Shown here piece by piece: positions 60,997 to 64,000 of a stretch of DNA of 64,000 bases (its first letter is position 1; each line of letters opens with the position of its first letter). The stretch is taken from NCBI RefSeq assembly GCF_009914755.1, contig NC_060928.1; one strand, given 5' to 3'. Under the pieces are notes generated by a model. That model was given only the letters and a program-made list of their open reading frames with translations. It was not told the origin of the DNA and ran no database searches. A program made the position numbers and the translations under genes. This stretch comes from the human T2T-CHM13v2.0 reference genome, Homo sapiens.

Positions 60997-63029
60997 AGCG
61001 CACCACTTACCACTTTTCCCAAGGGCTTCTCTGATTATGAGGGGGTGATCTGGAGTCTGGAAGTTAAAAATCTAGTCCTGCTCTACCACCTATAATCATA
61101 GGCCACTGAGATTGGAGGTCAAAGAAGACTCTGCTTCCTCTAAGCTGTGTAATTATATAAAAATCGTAGAACTATTTTCCAAAAGATACATTGATGATAA
61201 TTATGTCTGAAAAGTTTAAGAAACATAAGTGTTTATTATATTATTTCCCATATGTTTCTACATTTCATAAGATGATATATGTTTTTAATTATAGGATTTG
61301 TTATAGAGTTGCTATTTTTTTCTTCTGCCAAGTAAACAAAAATAAAAGAAAACAAAACTATAATACTGTTTGCTCCTACCATTATAGGATAAAAGAGAAT
61401 ATTATTACACTAGTAAAGTACTGAGGACATGATTTTAGAATTAAAAGGAGTCATTTAGTCTCTGAAAATCTTACTTTACCATCTTTATTTTCTGGGACAT
61501 TTTCTTGGGGTGATAAAAACTTTTTAATAGTCTTTACCCATTCACTCATTGGCATTTGGGACCCATTGAAGTGGATAACACTAAACTCAATTATACCCTT
61601 CTCTTGTGTCTATGCAACATTTGGGCTTTTTGCATATAGACAAAGCAAAGAGAAGAATTTCAGGAATTTGAATGCTTCAAGGAAACTATTAGCTATACAT
61701 TTGTCCCAAATTCTGTTTTGTGTTCACATGGAATTGTTTGTTCTTTGACCCATATCAAGATTTTTGCTTCACTTCTCCACATCCTAAGTTTGTTGCTTCA
61801 GTCACGTGTGAAAAAGTCTATCTATAGATGTGACCAACACAATGATATCATATAAAAATATGTATTGAATCCATACACTCCATGTACTAGGAAATTGTTG
61901 TAGGAAGAATAATGCCAAGATTAGGTGTGTTGGTGTCTCTCACACATGAAGTGTTTAGCTCACTAACTTTCTGCAAAATTGCATCTCCCTACTGTAATCC
62001 AATCTTTCTAATTGTTTGCAAAAGCAAACCATGTCTGGGGCAGCAAGTTTTGCCCATTGGGGATTCTCTTTTATAAGCTTTCTCCCTTGCCTTCCATCAC
62101 AGCTTGGGTTTGTCAATTATTAGGAGGCATGGCATGAAGCAATGGTTCCCTGTGGTTCGTTAGGAAAGTGGGGCTTCATAATGGGAGAATAAGGCAAGAA
62201 CTCTGCTGGTGACTCTGAAATCTGTGGAGATTCACTGTTGTGAGTTAGTGGTGTCAAATTTGGTTCTGTTGCTGTAGTGTTTGGCCACTTGGATTATTTG
62301 TTTTATCTTTTGTTCTTGTACCTATATGTGGGATGTGTATTCGGTCAATGGAAAGGAGGCTGAAGAAGCAAGGTGAAAGAGGAAATAATTACTTCGGCTT
62401 GGAAATATGTCAGAATCCCAAGATATTTGTTACTTGGGTTCATGTGAATGTGCTCCTTAGCTTCCTTTTTAGAAGTGAATCTTTGCTGTCATTTCATGAT
62501 GATCAATATTTGCAGCCCCGCTCCCTGCAATCAAACATGGAAACTCAGATTAACATTCAAACTAACAATATTTAAACAGGAAATTTGAACTTGAGCTGTG
62601 GATTACAGTCTTTACGGTTCAAACAAGACAGTTTACATAATCAGCTTTTGTAATATTTTTTGCCAGTGCCTGACATTTTCCCCTGGTTTTGGCCTTTTCA
62701 GATTCAATGTGATGTTCTGAGCAAAAGCTATTACCATGTAAACAACTTCCCACCCACCCCCATTTCTTCATCTAAAACTTGTGCATGATGATTTGCTCCT
62801 CAGTTCTCTAACCAGGAACTCAATGGCTGTGTCTACATTGATACAATGAAATGAATGGAGCCTCCCTGCAGTTCTGTGAGCCTGGGCTCCTTATGGCGTG
62901 AAATCCCATGTCAGAGGTCAGAACTCTAACATCTCAGTTTTCCCTAAGAGCAAATTGCAATAAACCAAGTGGACCAAATTCAGTTGCTTGATTATCCAGT
63001 TTAGCTCTTCATTGTTTTATTCTTTCACA

Positions 63030-63470
63030 TATACACTCATTCTTTTATTCTTGCTTTCATACATTTTATAATGCAGTCGTATGTTTGTTCACCAGATATT
63101 CATTATACATGCGACAGAAATTGAATGGCACTTTACCAAGGAGCTGGCCAAGAGAGTAAAGTGGGAGAATCAGAGATAAATGAGACAAGATCTCTACCTT
63201 GAAGGAGCACACAATTTAACTGGAGAAAAGACATAAACCCAACTGGTAATAGTGTCATGTTTGACATGCTCTAATAGTGGTAGCAGTGATGTTACAGCTG
63301 TGAAAGAAAAAAAGTAGTTTATTTTAGCTTAACTGTTGGTAAAGATAGCTGGAAAAGGCTTCATGGAGGGGATGGACCATCAGCTTGGACTTAAAGATGA
63401 TTTAGGTTTGTCCAACAGACAAATGAGTGGTGGGGAATTTCAGTCAGAAGGGACAACTGGGCAAAGATTA
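63030..63470 (-). mobile_element. L2 3' fragment
   Basis: agagataaatgagacaagatctctaccttgaaggagcacacaatttaactgg..ggaaaaggcttcatggaggg..agcttggacttaaagatga. Confidence 0.75.
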
Positions 63471-64000
63471 TGTTTTATAATAAAACATTCATTTATGGGT
63501 TTATAATTTTACAAGTCAAGATAACTCATGTTCTACTTAGTTTTTACTTAAATGATGCCTAGTAAATGGCTAGACTGATTATTTCAATAATCAACTGGTT
63601 GCCTAGGTACGTTGTAAACAGAGCCACAATGGAACCAAATGGTCTACTTCTGTCTACTTTTTAAATCTTGGATTCCCAGTGTAACTAAAAGTACAACTTA
63701 AGTTTTATGACTTGTAGACTTCTTATGCTACTTAGCATTCTCATTCTTCTGTAAGTTAATAATAGACTCTGCAAGTTTGGGTTTGCAATAGATTGGGATC
63801 CGTGTCAAAAATTAGCTTTAACATAATATGTTGCTTTACAGGTTTCACATTTGCATTGCTTCACAAATCAATGAAATATTGATGACTCCTAACACCATGC
63901 TTCAGGTGCTCTTCTGAATCCTTCCTGCACATCTTGAATTGCTTTCTAGACATCTCTCCAGAAATGTGCCACAGAAGTCACAAATGTCCAAAGCTAAACA

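Overview
This is primate (most likely human) AT-rich, gene-poor nuclear DNA dominated by interspersed repeats. They include L1 LINEs of several ages (L1PA3/4/7-like, L1PA8-16-like, L1MA/MB/ME-like), four near-full Alus plus one Alu remnant, many MIR and L2 fragments and an L3/CR1 relic. There are also solo LTRs (MLT1, MLT2B, MST, MER57-like, MER31/67-like) and hAT MITEs (MER20, MER53). I found no intact protein-coding gene, CpG island, tRNA/rRNA gene or CRISPR-like array. The long ORFs are broken L1 ORF2 pieces, Alu read-throughs or chance ORFs. I could not support a new biological system. The most notable structures are: (i) a twin-primed, 5'-inverted L1PA3-like insertion that landed inside the RT catalytic motif of an older L1, creating an in-frame chimeric ORF; (ii) a ~350-bp fold-back, templated-insertion patchwork at ~35.2-35.5 kb; (iii) a complete palindromic MER53; (iv) a few splice-site-bounded candidate exons of a possible + strand lncRNA. 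Subfamily names come from recalled consensus features, not alignments, and boundaries without a TSD are approximate.
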